The notes under the pieces are model-generated. The model saw nothing but the letters and a program-made list of their open reading frames with translations, was not told the origin of the DNA and made no database searches. A DNA stretch of 64,000 nt, from positions 10,912,001 to 10,976,000 of the forward strand of contig CM120643.1 of assembly GCA_051362555.1 (NCBI GenBank), in the 5' to 3' direction. The position numbers and the translations under genes were made by a program. This DNA is from Lingula anatina. Lineage: Eukaryota; Animalia; Brachiopoda. Below are positions 25,285 through 40,025 of this stretch, one piece after another. Position 1 is the first letter of the stretch, and the number at the start of each line of letters is the position of its first letter.

Positions 25285-28200
25285 AAATTCATTGCAATTT
25301 AGCAAGAATCCACTTGGAGATAGATCGAACCACAGTTAGTACGGTAGGGTCTGCGAATGGTCCCTCAATTACATACATGTTAGACTACGAAATACAGAAT
25401 ACATTTAGCAACTCTGCCTTACCGTGTGATACCTGAAAGACCTCTCTACAGTGTATGCATTTATATTGCCTTTTGCGCGATTTGAAGCCACGTGGCATCG
25501 TCCATCGTTTGCTACGCAGTAGACTGGTGCGAAAACGAGGGAATCCATTAACGTGTCCTGTATATTTATGAAGTGATGAATAAGTATATAAAAGCTTTTT
25601 TCAAATTCATGACATATAAGTCTACAGAATTCTCGGTCGTAAAAGATGACGGGGATTTTTGCAACCCGCATTTACGACAAACCTTGGCTTTCGCATTTAT
25701 TATTCATATTGGCGGAAACATATTCTAAAGTATAACATGTACTAGATTGACACTACAGTTGATGTGCGTATGAAAATATAAGACCTTCATACAGACAATC
25801 TGTAAGCCTTTTATCAGATCAAAATGCAGCAATGGCTAAATTGAGCCAGACTGATACAAATGAAGCATTGTGTTCCATTAATTAAATAAGGCCTATTTTT
25901 ACATAAAAATACACATATTGTATACATTCTGTAAATTGGTTGAGGACACTTCACTGATAACCAGAGCCTTTCATTTGTTTATTTAAAAGCTTACAGTTAT
26001 ATACAGTAATATGGAGCTTGCCGAAATGAATAATTAAAACTGTGGGGGAAATGACACAAAGATTCAATCTTAAACATTAAGCACAGCAAATATCTTTACA
26101 TTGACGTGTATCAACATCTATAATGCTACTTCTAGGTAAAATATATTAAAGTAAAATGGTTTATTTGGCAAGAATGAAAGTTACATCCACGAAATTAAAG
26201 ACAAGAACACCTTGTGTATGTATTCAAGGGTAACCGAAAAGATATCCCAAATGTTGCAGGTACACTAAGGAATCACGAAACAATTCTACGAAATTCTCTG
26301 GCAACATCACAGCTCAGAGGCGCAGCGGTAACTTGACTTACCACCACCGCACATTTCAACGTCGCTGGACGGTGTTCAATAGAATCATCCAAATCAAAGT
26401 GGTCTCGTGAGCCTGTTAGAGATCGTGCACTAAAAGAGACAAGACGGTTACAGGTATTAGGAAAAAATATTGTCACTTCCATTTCACATTCCGATTATTG
26501 TAAATACACTGTATAATCCGTTAAACTACCCGTACATTGGAATTACACTTGCAACCATTGCATGGTTAATCATGGCGCCATGGTTTCAAGTGTGCGTTAT
26601 TTACTGTCACCGCAGTTCAAGGAGAATATACCAACATAATTGGTTACAAAAAAAAAAAAAAAAAATGATCGCAGGTGTTCAGGTGGTGGAGTGAGATCAG
26701 GGACATGCAACCAAGGCAAAGACGATACAGCTACTCTTGATAGTGACACTAACTAACACATGCTCCAGTGATCGAAAGCTGCTAGTATCGTTTCCCGACA
26801 TATATCTTAACTACCCGCTGCGTACATTTTTGTACTTCTAATATATTCACGCTAGAGATGACATAAAAGTATACCGTGAAAACATTTTGCAACTATCAGC
26901 GACGTATAACAGTTGGTTCGACCGTATCTTATTATATACCCATCATCGGAGAACGTCATAATGGTAAGTACTTAGGTCCAAGCAAATAGTTACCGTAAGA
27001 ATAACATGCCGAACACGTGGAAAGAAATAGGATAGCGTGGTGTGCTATTTTGATTATAGATATTTATTATAGATATTTGCAGCTGTTACTGAAAAACTAA
27101 CTGTGATAATTATGAAGCATAAAAAGCACTGTACGTACTGGCAGATTATCTTGTTAGATGGATTGCAAACATATACCCTAATGAAACGCGTTCTTGTATA
27201 AAAAAAACTGCATGATATTATTCCATTGCATGGTCACATGTGATGTTTCTTTCGTCATCAGTCACGTGCTCTTGATTTAACGTCACAGTTAAATGAAATA
27301 GTTTTCTTGGCTTTCTTAACATGCAATGTATTTAGAAACCGTTCTCCTCTCTTATATAAGAGTACTGCATATTTGCAAGACTTAAAGCCGGCAGCATTTA
27401 CAATACATTGTGGCGTAACGCAGAGTATTTTGCTGACGTTGGTCGATGGACGTCACAGCGTAGCATTTATTCCTGTAATCTTTATCAGGTATCTTTGAGT
27501 AAATATTCATTATTTGTTGCGCCTGGTAAACCCATATTTGAGTTTTAAATATCTTCCACGATCATGCTAGACACAGTTAATGATGATAATTAAGAATACA
27601 ATTGGAATATCAGGAGCTCAAGGTCAGACATATTGACTGCTGATGCACATCTATGTCGGGTATTATTTATTATTACAACCTGCTAGTGGTTATAACAACA
27701 GTACAACGACACGTTGTGTAGACTTCAGTGTTACCAACCCCGAAACACAGCATTAATATTGGAATACTATATTGATTACGTACGCTATACGTTGATACTT
27801 GTTCATCGCTGTGTCATTCATGATATATTGATAAGAACCCGTATTCATTTTCGTCGGCTGTCAATTGCATTGACACAGAGATGGTAAATGCATACATGCC
27901 CTGAATGCAGTATAATTAGATAAGGATTCACAAAGTCACATTATTATAAATCAACCCATTGAACACGAACAGCTACAAGGCACGGTTACTTGACACGTCA
28001 TTAAACAAACATCCGAAACACTCAATATCAATATTACCAGTGTAGGTTGTTTTCATTATCAGTTTTTTTCTCCTTTAAATATGATATGAAGAAATGGTTT
28101 ATATGTCCTTAAATTAATGGCTCGTGATGGTCTAAAATATGAATAAACTATACTCTACCACATCGAATAATTAAACCACATTATACCAGTACGCCATAGG

Positions 28201-31200
28201 CTTAATAACTTAAATCTTTAAATATATGATTGAGGTTTATATTCTCGCAAGACCTGTGTTATGTTTTGACACTGTATGAGTCCAATTATAAAGTGTGTAC
28301 ATACACGTACAAGTTCATACAGGTATGTACCCATTCATTCATTAGTGTTTGTATACGGTTATAAACCTACTATATGAAAAATGCCCCGACGTTCTGTTAA
28401 GCTTAATGGGTGTGATTATTCACCAGATAAACTCGTAGCTAATTTTTATTATGGATTTCAAACCTGATAAAGGATATGGTGTTGAATGTTAATGCGGGTT
28501 TTGTTGTTGGTCCTTTAAATTTAACTTAACTGTGTCCAGTGTGATTGCACGTAATTGATATATCAACAATTAAACAATTACATATTCTGTCTATATAAAG
28601 TGGCTGTAAACAGCATCTTTTTAGGCTATATTTTAACGAGCCTTTATCAAAATGTAATCAAACAAAATGTTTGAATTTATTTAATCTTTATATTTTTTAT
28701 TATGGAATGTCTACGTGGAATGATACAAGTCATTTCTTGTCTCGCCTATTATATTACGATCATACAGCATCAGTTGTGACAAGAGTACAATTTATATAGA
28801 AATTAAGATATATATGCGTATATACTTATATATATATCCATTCTGTGTAAATTATGACATAGTTTTGCGTGTCGATCGACCGACTGGGATGCTGTTACAG
28901 TAACTGAGTTCAAAACGCCAACGCTGTGGGACTTAACGACTCTAAATATGCAGAACGCCGCTAAAAATGGGCGTATACGCACGATGACAATAGAGCGCAA
29001 CCGGCACTTGAAGAGTTATTCACTGCAAAGGAATGGGGGCATGACCTCTGATGGGCGTTTTAATCGGCTTATGTACACTGCTACTCAAACTATTTCAGAC
29101 TCCAGCCCACAGTTTGATTAAAACTTAACTCTGCTCGCTAGTACACTGTCCCTGGCTTATCAGTACCCCATCGTGCGGTACGATTCAATGTCGGTAATTT
29201 AGTTAGAGCGGACCCTTACCTCCTGCGTGAGCAACTGAAAAGCAAACACGTTGAACGTAATATGAGACCCGTTATCGGTCCCCACTGACACGTGTTTCAG
29301 GACAGGTCCACGTGTTTTTAATTGACTTTAGCAAGGCTTCGCCTACCAAGGCTTAAAGTATAGCCCAAGACTTGTGTTTCTGGGACCTGAGGTATGTCTT
29401 GTAATGGTAATCTTTGAATTTGATTTTGATTGACGTGCATGCGTGAGGGAAATGGCGAAATTGGGTCAGACATCCTACATGAGTAACATGCATGATTACG
29501 TCAAATTACTCCCCGATTGTTTGGCATCATGTAAGATTCCACATCACATCTAAATTCAAGAAGTTTGTCTGTTTAAACGGTTTCAGTAGTTCTGTATTTC
29601 TTATGCCATAATCAACTCCTCAATTTTCGTGTGCATCATACAAGTATACACAGATAAAGGCAATAGACAGAACTTAATTCTTCCAATCTACAACAGTTCT
29701 AATGCGGGCGTTCAAAGCTAAAGCAAGTTTCTGAGCTCTCCCAAATCGGATCACCCATGGCCCAGCGCGTTGCTAGGTTCGATCGAATTTCTATTCGCCG
29801 AGTGTTCACGTTGTCGGGTACATTAAAAGCATGGGTCGTCTAATATAAAGAACAGGATAATGTTAGTAGGTCACACGTCGCGTTTCACTGGCAGCCGAAG
29901 CGGTGCAGCGTTTCCCTTTATGGACCACGGTAATCTTGAACACAGCTGTGAGCTTAATCTCCACCCCGTGCACAATGGGATTCGGCGGCGTCTCGTTAAA
30001 GATCTATATTATCTGCATCTAGATGTTTATGTTTATGTAATCGCGTTAATTAGCTTGACCTCTATGGTGGATTTCTAGTTCTATATATTGTGTGCCAGCC
30101 TAGGCCACATTGATTGTACTTATCGCAGTCCTCGCCTTAGCAGTATTGTTTATCTTAAGTAAACGTTTCTCAATCGGGCTGCAACAGCGTGGAGTAGGCA
30201 CAACAAATTACAGTTTATGCCTGTGTAATCTTGAACGCACCGACTCACCGAGGGCCAAACTTGGATATACAAGTATATGTAAAATCCTTACAAATACATA
30301 TATGCTCCACAGTGGGAGATAAGTTGGAAACAAGGCCTCACAGATAAAAAACGTTCATATTGTTGGAAGAGTCCCATATCTTACTGTTTTATATGTATTT
30401 TAAAATACTAAGCCTGAATAACTTTGTTTTGGCAACAACCTTATGGAAGATATTAAAGGGTTAGATGCGCCTACTCCTGTCTGTTGGAAAACCGCCAAAA
30501 CCGGCTGCCGAAACCCGTCCTCTCCGGGCAAAATCATTTACATTTGTAATCTTGTTGAAGGCGTCAACAGTCACGGGGAAGATAAGATAAAGTATGTTTA
30601 TTTTCATACTGCATAAACTTGTCCATCGCTACACCAAATATAGGTGAGTTTATGATCAGCCCAGTTCTCTGCCAGTGATTGATCAGGCATTATAACACGA
30701 AGGTTAAGAAATCTCACCAAGACCTGTCGTCTGCTATGTCTGCTGTGTTATCAGAATAAAAAAAGGAGTGCATTAAACTTAAAAGAGGTCGCAAATAGAT
30801 GCCTACTGCAGAGTCATATTTTGCCTTGTAAACCATTGTATAAAAGACATTAAAGAAATAAATAAAACAAATGACCGCAGTATGCCTACTATGATTTAAT
30901 GTATTTCTGTTATAGAACCTGCGATTTCTGTGATTTCGCTTTATATAGCCCATATTTGCGCTTTTTTTATCAAGTACCTTTCACTGCTCGAAAAACAATC
31001 GCACGCGTGACTTAGCTTGTTGCTATGGTAACTGACACACCCATAACATTCAAGCGTTCTAGTCGCTTTAATCTGAATTCCTCGTGCGAAAACAGATCGT
31101 ATTAAGACAGCATATGTTCTTACTTAAAATCCATAGCGTCAGACCAATAATTGATGCGACATTTGACTACACGACTGAAAACCAATAGGTTGCAATACTC

Positions 31201-32459
31201 ATCATACAAATTACATTGTTCTAATTTATTCCAGTTTTATTTATTTATTTATTTTATTTGGGTCTGATACTTTTCCATTTGAATGTCTGTAACCAACCTT
31301 TGATGTCGGATTCCCCTCTGTCTTTTCAACGACCGATATGGCCAGTGGGCGTATCTTATGCATGACTTTTGAAGTTGCTTCCTTCAAAAGTGGCCCATCA
31401 TCTTGAATAGAGGGATTGCAAATTCAAAGTGATCACGTGCACGTATATCTGGCATGGCGCCAAATGAAGGTTTCAAAGCACAATGCGTAAGTCAAGTCTC
31501 ATATGTAGCTGCAAATAAGAAACTGGATACTCCTCTTATCTTCATTTGAGTGCGTGAGGCTGCTATTTGAAACCCGCTTGTAATGGGTTCGAGCACACTT
31601 ATTTGTGAGATTTCCATCAAAGAATAAGCTGGTTAAGATACTAAATAGGAAACTAAAATAAATGGAAGATAAAAAAGCATAAGATTCACCAGAACTTAAT
31701 TTACTTATGTGGTCATATTGGACTGCAACCCTACACATATCTGTTCGTGTTGGTATATAGTATATGCATAATTGGGTGCATGCAGAGTTGACAGCCATTT
31801 AATATGTAATTGAAATATATATAATATAGATATAATTCAGATTATATAAATGAAGTTTCTATTATATGGCGCAAGTAATGTCTCGAGCTTATTCGCACAT
31901 GCTCACCATGTGTCAAATAAAGTGGCAGTTGGTGGATTGGATTTTCATTCTTCGCCCTCCCATGAAATACTTAGTAGAACTACACAATGGTTCAAAACAA
32001 TATGCCCTTTTGGGCGAATATATCTCCTTGTCCTTAAATGACATCGTCACTTAAATGACAATAGCGCACAATAAATTTATCCATGACGGACAAATTTAAA
32101 AAAGTGATCTTGCATTACTTTAAACATATATTCCCTTACCAAATAAAAAAGTGACCCCTACCGCATTTATGTACATTGCTAGACGGGTACCCATTAATCT
32201 TATTACACTATTACGTGACGACTATGCTACCGATCATTTCATAAAGTGGGAGTGTGAGTATTAGATCATTGGCCTACATGTGTACCTAGCTTGCCAATTG
32301 AAAAATCCCAACAACAATTATATTTTAATATGCTGCTCCTAGAGAAGGATACATATTTGCCATGCAGTTGACAAAGGACAGGGTTTCGACCCGCCGAATT
32401 GCCAGAAGGTTGCTTCTTTCCGTAAGAACCATATAGAGGATAAGACAGAATCCTAACCA

Positions 32460-33350
32460 AACAAGCAAATGGACAAGATTACCCAGGTATGACCGACCGA
32501 AGGAAACCACACCCTGAGAAGAGGAAACGCTAACACATCTTCCTCGTAGAAAACAGTTCATGACATTAAGGAACTTGACTGTAACATTAAACCAGAATAG
32601 GGCAAACCAGGTATCTGAGTTTACAGTCAATAGACATCTGCACATTCATCGTTATTTTGACAGGGTTTCTGTTAGGAGACTAGTGGTCACTGCCAGGAAC
32701 CGCGTACGTCGAGTCAAATGGTGCACCAGAACTCTGACATGGACAGGCTCCAACAACTGGGCAATGATACTGTCCTCAGATCAAAGCAGGTTCAGCGTTG
32801 TTAGAGGTGATGAACGCTTAAAGGGTTTGGAGAACAGCTGGTAAGAGGTATCTTCCCAGTTCTTTGCCTCTGGTCGACGGGACGCACCACATATCTGTCA
32901 TGGTGTGAGGTGGGTTGCCTACCACTTTGAAGGAGAGCTGATAGTGGTCAACAAGAACCTTACGCAGAGCAATGTATCCATGTGCTGAAAAGGAACTTCA
33001 GAAATTATGTCTAGAATATATTTTGGGACCGTGACCACCCAGTTATGTTTCAGCATGATAATGTTACTCCACGTACAGCCAAAACAAAACCAGGCTGGTT
33101 ATATGCGAACCAGATCCAGACCCTCTTAATGGCCAGGGCAATCCTTAGATCAGAACGTCATTGTGAATCTGTGGGATATATTTGGAAAAGGGATAACTGA
33201 GAGATAATCCTGCAAACAAATATAATCTCATACTATGTTTGGACCGTATGTGGAACGTCATCACTTTGCACACGTTACACAACTTTTTGACTCCACACAC
33301 AGACGCTTCAGGTGTGGCCTCCTATCCAGAGGCTACTGTGCAGAATACTA
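32460..33350 (+). pseudogene. Tc1 DDE transposase pseudogene
   Basis: Fragments read NRVRRVKWC..WT..NWAMILSSDQSRF (W..V.FSDES.F motif), VMV*G, FQHDNVTPRTA (FQQDNAP.H) and WPGQSLDQNVIVNLW (WPxxSPDLNPIENLW), with stops and frameshifts. Confidence 0.9.
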
Positions 33351-33358
33351 AAATGTGA

Positions 33359-33359
33359 C

Positions 33360-33394
<35 letters not shown>

Positions 33395-33396
33395 TT
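33359..33396. repeat. (TTTA)n microsatellite inside the Tc1 3' region
   Basis: Directly visible. Confidence 0.9.
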
Positions 33397-35102
33397 GTTA
33401 TGGTAAGCTTTGCCATTGGTTGAAAAATAAGTTAAATTTTGTGAAAATAAGTCCTTCTTAAAGTTGAATTAAAGGCATTAGTCTATGACTTGATTTTCTG
33501 TATCATTTTACACATTGAATTAGATTAGGGGTTACACTTATTTGGCAGGGGAGTTTAATTGAAGATGACATCTTAATTTAGCTGTGGTTGGCTGGTACTA
33601 GCACACAAATTGTTAAAAACTTGGTTTAATTTGGTTGAGGCTATCCTATAAAGTACCACTTAATGTGCATTTTCCTCGTAAACTTAGTATGCAGCGTTGA
33701 ATTACGTAGAACTTTACTGTATGGCGGAAAAGGACATACGTGTAATATATCTGTACGCAACGTTGAACACGCAACTGTGTGACAAAAAGGTAATACGTGT
33801 AATCTCTGCTAGTCACGTTTTAGGTTGTAAGATTGGAGGAATCAGCGTTCACTCTCACTAAGACGCTTCCCGCATAGTGTGCAACCTCATTACATACTGA
33901 AGGTAATGAATTACATATCATGTATTGAAGGTAGTAAATGACATATCATGCACGGAATTTTTCAAGGCCTCCTTTTAGCCTTCTCTTCAACTTACTTCAT
34001 TTTCTTGATGGAATCTTTCATATTTGTAAAACCAATTATTTTACTTTTGAAATGACTTTGACCGATTGTCAGCATGAATGGTAGGCGCATTACGCCATAC
34101 ACACGTGATACGAATGACGTAATAGAATGGAAATGTCGAAAAGTATGGACGTTATATTATACGGATGCTTTATAAAGCATGCGGACTTTCTGTATTGTTT
34201 GTGGAAGTGTATGAAAAATATGATTTATGAAGGCCTGCGTGCTGGCAGATGATACGTTTAAATAATATTAACACGTAAATTCATTATTGTATATGTCTTC
34301 CCAAGTTTCAGTACAGTTTTGCAGGTAAATGGTATCCTTGACGTTGTTTCATAACATCCTATATTATTGTATTTAGTTATTGCTACCTAGTTCGTGCATT
34401 GCCTGTGAGTCACAAGAGTGTAAAATCATTAAGCACGATAAACTATCACGGCCAATGAAATGCGTGGTCACAAAACCAACAAATAGCTCAGAAAAGCAAA
34501 ACTCATTCTAGGGCACAGTAAAAGGATTGACATCAATCTAATGGCCCGACTGCATAAATTATGCCACTAATGGTATTTTAAAGCATTTTATTTTTGAAAC
34601 AAGTGGGGTGACTGTGTCTCGTATGTACTTTTACCCACAGCAGTACACTACAAATTAACACAGCTGAGCTGTCGTTTTGTTGGCAATGTCGTCAACAAAG
34701 GCTTGAAATGCTGAAAGGATAACTGTGCGACCTTGAGTCAGACTGTTCTTGTACATTGAAAGAAAACTACTACGCTTGTTTACAATGCGTAACAAATCAA
34801 CAGCCACAAGGATTATGTGCTTTTTAAGTGTTAAAACGATAGCCAAACAGTCAGCGTTGTATATGATATAAACACGAGCGGATGTCACATAATCCTTGCT
34901 GACGTGACCTCTATCACGGCAGATGTCGAGAACATTTTTTAAAGGCCCTCAGGTACCGGTAGAATAGCTCGAAATCATGCTTGGCGTCTCCCTGGACAGC
35001 GTGCGTGTATACGACATATGCAACGTCTGGGCATAAAGTTGGCTAGTTCCTGGCATTATAAAATTGAGACATGCTTCCATAACTGCCCCTAAGAGAGTCT
35101 AA

Positions 35103-35269
35103 GGCCCCATTCAGAATAGGGGACCAACTAGTCCGTGGGTCAAATATGGCGACCCACTACAAAGCTTGTCTTCTAATCCGCTAATAGACACTAAATAGAT
35201 ATCTCGTGGGGAAGTATTCAAGTGTGTAGGCCATATTTGACCCTCGTACTAGTTAGTCCCCTATTCTGA
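35103..35269. mobile_element. MITE with inverted arms of about 40 bp (PIF/Harbinger-like left end)
   Basis: TCAGAATAGGGGACCAACTAGTCCGTGGGTCAAATATGGC pairs with GCCATATTTGACCCTCGTACTAGTTAGTCCCCTATTCTGA. The left end reads TAA|GGCCCCATTC. Confidence 0.75.
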
Positions 35270-35437
35270 TTTTTATCTTCCCTTGGTCTGCATGTAAAAT
35301 AGCTATCGCGTGACGTCAGTTACAATATTTCCGGTGTAAAGAGCTGAAAATAAACGACGGCTTTGGCAGGAGCGGAAGCGCAACACGTGGACACAATATG
35401 AACGCCAGTCTAATGGAAGACCTCGAATGACTAATGC

Positions 35438-35570
35438 TTAATTGTACCACGGCGGATGTGGAGAACAAAAAATCCAGGCGTGGCGCATCTCGAACACACG
35501 CGCTCGTCACGCGGGTTACACCACGTCTGGGCCTTTTGTTCTCGAGCACATCAGCCGTAGTAAGTTTAAG
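35438..35570. repeat. Imperfect GC-rich hairpin
   Basis: TACCACGGCGGATGTG-GAGAACAAAA..CCAGGCGTGG pairs with CCACGTCTGG..TTTTGTTCTC-GAG-CACATCAGCCGTAGTA. Confidence 0.7.
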
Positions 35571-36363
35571 TCAGGTACGTGTGCATATCACACCCAACTC
35601 GCCGACTGTTCTTATGTCTTTTCCTCTTCTAAGGAGGTAACGAACAAGTCTTGTGGTCTCGATAGGTGCCCCTTACCACATTATGTAACTGCACCGGATC
35701 GAGTTTTATATGAGTGATTATACAGCTCCGGTTTATGCCCAATTAAGCCTTTGTGATAGCCTCGACCTAGTTTGTTAACTACAGCGACTGGGCGCCGGGT
35801 ACATGCATGGCCTCCCAATACTGGACTGTTAACTCAAAACACATGTAAATGTCAGTTTTGTAAATCTATACAGTAGCGGTAAAGGGCTGTCGTTCCATGG
35901 CTGATAGTGGTATAGTTTAAATTTCTACGCAGACCGCTAAAGGGTAGATATGTGCTTCGTGTACTATATCGTTTTTCAAGCTGTCAGGTCTATGTGTATA
36001 CTTCACGCTTCATAATCCATACATAATCTCCCCAATGCATATATACGTGAAGTAAGTTATAATACATTAAAATAAACATGGACCTCTGAAAGATTAATGG
36101 AGCTTTTGAAAATAAGATAACAAGGAGATGAAAGCATTGTATTGTAGGTCACAATATATACATCCAAAGGACCGGGGTTTTATGACTGTTTTTATACGCA
36201 GGCAATTTACGTGATGCCATTCGATGAATGCATTTTTGTGCCCCTTCGAATTAACCCCCTTTCATACGGTTTTCTGTTCCCCACCAGTGTGACCGGCCCT
36301 AACAAAACACGCCGGGGGATCTACTCTCTTTCACAGCCCCCCCCCCTCAATCAATCAAAATTA

Positions 36364-36538
36364 AACCGGTGTGACAGGAATGGCAGTCCTAGGAATGTAG
36401 TCCGGAATCCCATATGATAATTACAGGTTAGGCTTAGTTGGGGTATTGGGGTTGAAGTATTGGAAGAATGTCACCTGTTCAAATAAATGGGAAACAGACT
36501 ACGGTTCCTAGCGGTCTTCCATTCCTGTCACACCGGTT
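36364..36538. mobile_element. MITE with TIRs of about 50 bp and a G/T-rich, telomere-like core
   Basis: AACCGGTGTGACAGGAATGG..CTAGGAA..GTAGTC..CCCAT pairs with ATGGG..GACTAC..TTCCTAG..CCATTCCTGTCACACCGGTT; the first 20 bp are a perfect match. Confidence 0.8.
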
Positions 36539-39098
36539 AGCTGAGAATGACGTGCGCGGAGGCTCCGTTTAGATGGCTTTCTTACGAATAGCCAATCTAT
36601 TACGGTGCCAATATTCCACACTGAAGCGGCACATACCTCGTAAAACTGCATCACTCGATGTAAAAACGGGATTAGATGACATATGATATCAATGTTCACT
36701 TCAATGTTTAACAGTGGTTGCATTTTCCCTTTTCTTTTCTATTAAGACGTGAAACTGGGGCTTCTAAAAATAAAACATTGGATTCAAAATTTTCAATTTT
36801 TTTTGCAAAATGCGTGATAATTAAAAATGTGCTGAATCGTTTGTATAATTGAATTCCAACTGCATCTCATTACCACGAGCTAGACCAAAAGCACACATTT
36901 GTTTCAGTAGCTTAAAAATAATTAACGACGCCATTTAAGCGTTTGTATAATACCTGGTTTCTACAAGAATCTGAATTAAAAGCGAGATGCTATAACGGCA
37001 GATGTTTAATTAACACTAGTGTACATTAAGACAGTGTGGCGAAAGCAACAGTAAACCGGGTATGTTTTATCTTTCTGTTGTATGGCTAGGGTTAACAGGC
37101 ACAAAGAACAGTTAGAAGATACGAAATTTATTTGCACCATAATAACTATATTCGATTATCATAATCACGTAAGATCTTTCAATATATTATATCTTGGATA
37201 GTAACTCTTACTTGTGATAGGACAATTCAACCCACGTGATCCAAAATATCTGTATTACATGACATTGAATATAGCGAAAAAAAGAAAGCAATAAAATCAT
37301 CCTGTTTAAGTGAGAACAATTGATGAAAAACCCTACGTTTATCGGCTAAAAAAGAGAAGATATTTATAAATACCACACGCTTAAATGTCATTTAGACATG
37401 CCCAAGTGCATGCGCGAATGTCGTTTATCGAACCGACCCTCTTTGTGCAAATGGTTTTTATTACATGTTAAAGAAAATGTTTCATTTATGCGTTTCTCCT
37501 TTATCTCATATCAAAACGGGTTGGTTACACTACATATAGGCCAGTGTTCCAAACAACTGCTTTTGACGTCCAGGGTCAATTACAAAATGTGATTTATAGA
37601 TATAAAAATCGGTAATTGCACATATAGCTATATGCATTTATATGTGTTTAAGTTTGGCGTGTGTTTTCTTTATCAGTGCATAAATCATACAATGGGCCCC
37701 TGTAACAGAAAAGAAAGAAAAAGGTGGTCTCTTAAAATTGAACAAATAATATTGGAACACGTTGCACATACAGATTGGCTTTGAATTATTTATTGGCCCC
37801 GAGTTACTTTCAATGCTAGGTGCTCGTGATCAAAGCCTGGTATAAAATGAATAACATTTACATATATTTAAGTAGCGTACATCTATTGGCAATAAAACTT
37901 CTGTTTTTCGAAATTGTCCGTGTAGTTAGTCTATGAAATGCAAAATTAGACTGATTCAGAAAAAGTCAAGTATCTGCGAAAGAAATGGAGAAGGGGGCAA
38001 AATCAGATACATTATCCGCAGCACGCATTTAGCCTGCTCTTAAATGTAGTATTTATTCATTTGCAAAAACTATTAAACCTTTCAGTGGCAATTTTATACA
38101 TTCCTTTCGTGCCTTCCGGGTAACAGTATAACTCGAAAGCAGAAAGGATTATCATGAGGAAAGGAGGCTGTTTTTAATACGCCCTTGTTTAATTTGAGAA
38201 TCTGTGGGGATATTTATATCGATAATGATCTGTAGAACTAAAATATCCGAATACCTTAACGTCTTACAGACCTATGTAACGATCTTTCTAATTTGCGGTT
38301 TTCAAGTATTATGAACACACAAATTGTATGTTGAAATATATAAAGAAAAAAAAAACATTCGTGATATTATGCAATATCCACTGTGTGTAGGTATTATGAT
38401 TCTTCCGTCTTTTAATAATGACAATGGTGAATGGCGAAAACATCAAGGTACTTTCTGAAGTACAATAACTGTAGTCAGAAAAAAAGTGTGCAAAAATGTC
38501 GAACAAAACAGCCACTGCTGTGTGGTACTATAAAGATAAGAAGTAAAAAAACCTGCAATGTGCTTTATCTAATGTTTAGTCCTACTGCGTCTGCTGAATG
38601 CTTGATGTAGCCTGTTGAAAGCGAGCCCTGAAATGAAACTGGGAGAAAATTCACACACGTCACCAATGAAATGTTCAAAATCCAACTTGATCGCAGAAAA
38701 GTTTATTTTCCTTGAAAGCCAGATTGCTTATGAAATATATCTACACCTGTTTCGTTTTGATTCCTTTCGGACTTTGCAGTGTAAATGTTTTGAGGGTACT
38801 TATTACACACAAAGATTGGGCCAATAAAATACACGGCATGTTATAGTACCTGCCATTTTGCACTTCGACGTATTTCAGACATGGTACATATTGCTATGCT
38901 TGAGAATTTCAAATGAAATAAGAGGCCTAGACCATGTACCAGTGCGTAACATAAATTACGCTATATAGATGTTCCTTGACAGGCGAGACGTGACCTAGCA
39001 TACATGGCATTGACATAATGCGTCTGCTGACGTGGACGCCCGTTAAAAAAGCGAAAGCCGTGGTCTAGTAGCAACTCTTTTCAGCGCAGTATAGACTT

Positions 39099-39267
39099 CA
39101 GGCCCGTAGCCAGCAAATTCAAAAGGGGGGTTCTTTTTCTGAAAAAAGTGGACCTTTTACAATGAAACTTATGTGTACCTAGGTCAAAATTTACCCAAAA
39201 TGGACCTTTTCCTGACAAAAGGGGTGGTTCTTTTGAACCCCCCGAACCTCCCCTGCCTACGGGCCTG
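39099..39267. mobile_element. hAT-like MITE, 169 bp
   Basis: Perfect 11-bp TIR CAGGCCCGTAG / CTACGGGCCTG; degenerate 8-bp flanks ATAGACTT / ATAGTGCT; internal repeat TGGACCTTTT. Confidence 0.8.
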
Positions 39268-40025
39268 ATAGTGCTATATCTAAAAGCATCATACCTAGTT
39301 GTACATTCCACAAATATGAAATAACATTATGGTTGTAATATGAGAGATGACTCGTGCTGTGTTGTGTTATTGTGTGCTCTATTTTGATGTTAAATTTACC
39401 CCCAAGCAACATTCCCCTAAACAGATAATACAAAGTAAAATATTCAACCAAGATAGTTAAATGTGATTAAAAAAGCATGACTCACTGAAATACGTGTGAG
39501 AAAGGTGTTATTTATTCTCCAGGGTGCATTTTCTGAATGCGGGAAACCAAATCTGTGTAACATTAAAGTGCCAATTACGAAGAAAATGAATATTCAACGT
39601 TTGCTTTAACCTGAGAATGGTGGCTTCTGCCCTATGGGTCGTTTTACGACATGATAAAAAACAGTATAAGTGGTATATAAAAGGCAATTATATAGAACAT
39701 ATAAATGTACTGTTTGTGTGAGTCTGTGTAAAGTGGTGTTCGCGTGATGTTTGTATACGTGTTGAAAAGCCAATAAAACATTAAAGTTAGCCATTACTGA
39801 AATCACTACCATTACAGGCACTCGAGGAGATAAAGTGTCTAAGATCCAGGTTACAGTATTCCCCGTATATGTCGCTACAGTTAAACTGCTGCTCAGGACT
39901 TTCCGAAACACACTGGCATACGTTGAGTGTAGCGATATTTGTGAAAGGTACTGTATGTATATACAGAACGCTTTCTTATGAAGTTTATATACAGATCGCT
40001 TTCTTATGAAGTTTTATTTTATTAT

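Larger units (their letters stand above)
32129..33555 (+). mobile_element. Decayed Tc1-family DNA transposon
   Basis: Imperfect TIRs TA|TATTCCCTTACCAAATAA..GTGACCCCT and AGGGGTTACACTTATTTGGCAGGGGAGTT|TA with TA flanks, enclosing a transposase remnant. Confidence 0.85.

Noticed and set aside
18821-38508. Shared 22-mer GTG.GCAAAAATGTCGAACAAA at about 18821 and 38486
   Set aside because: Probably fragments of an old repeat, but the match could not be extended enough to define an element.
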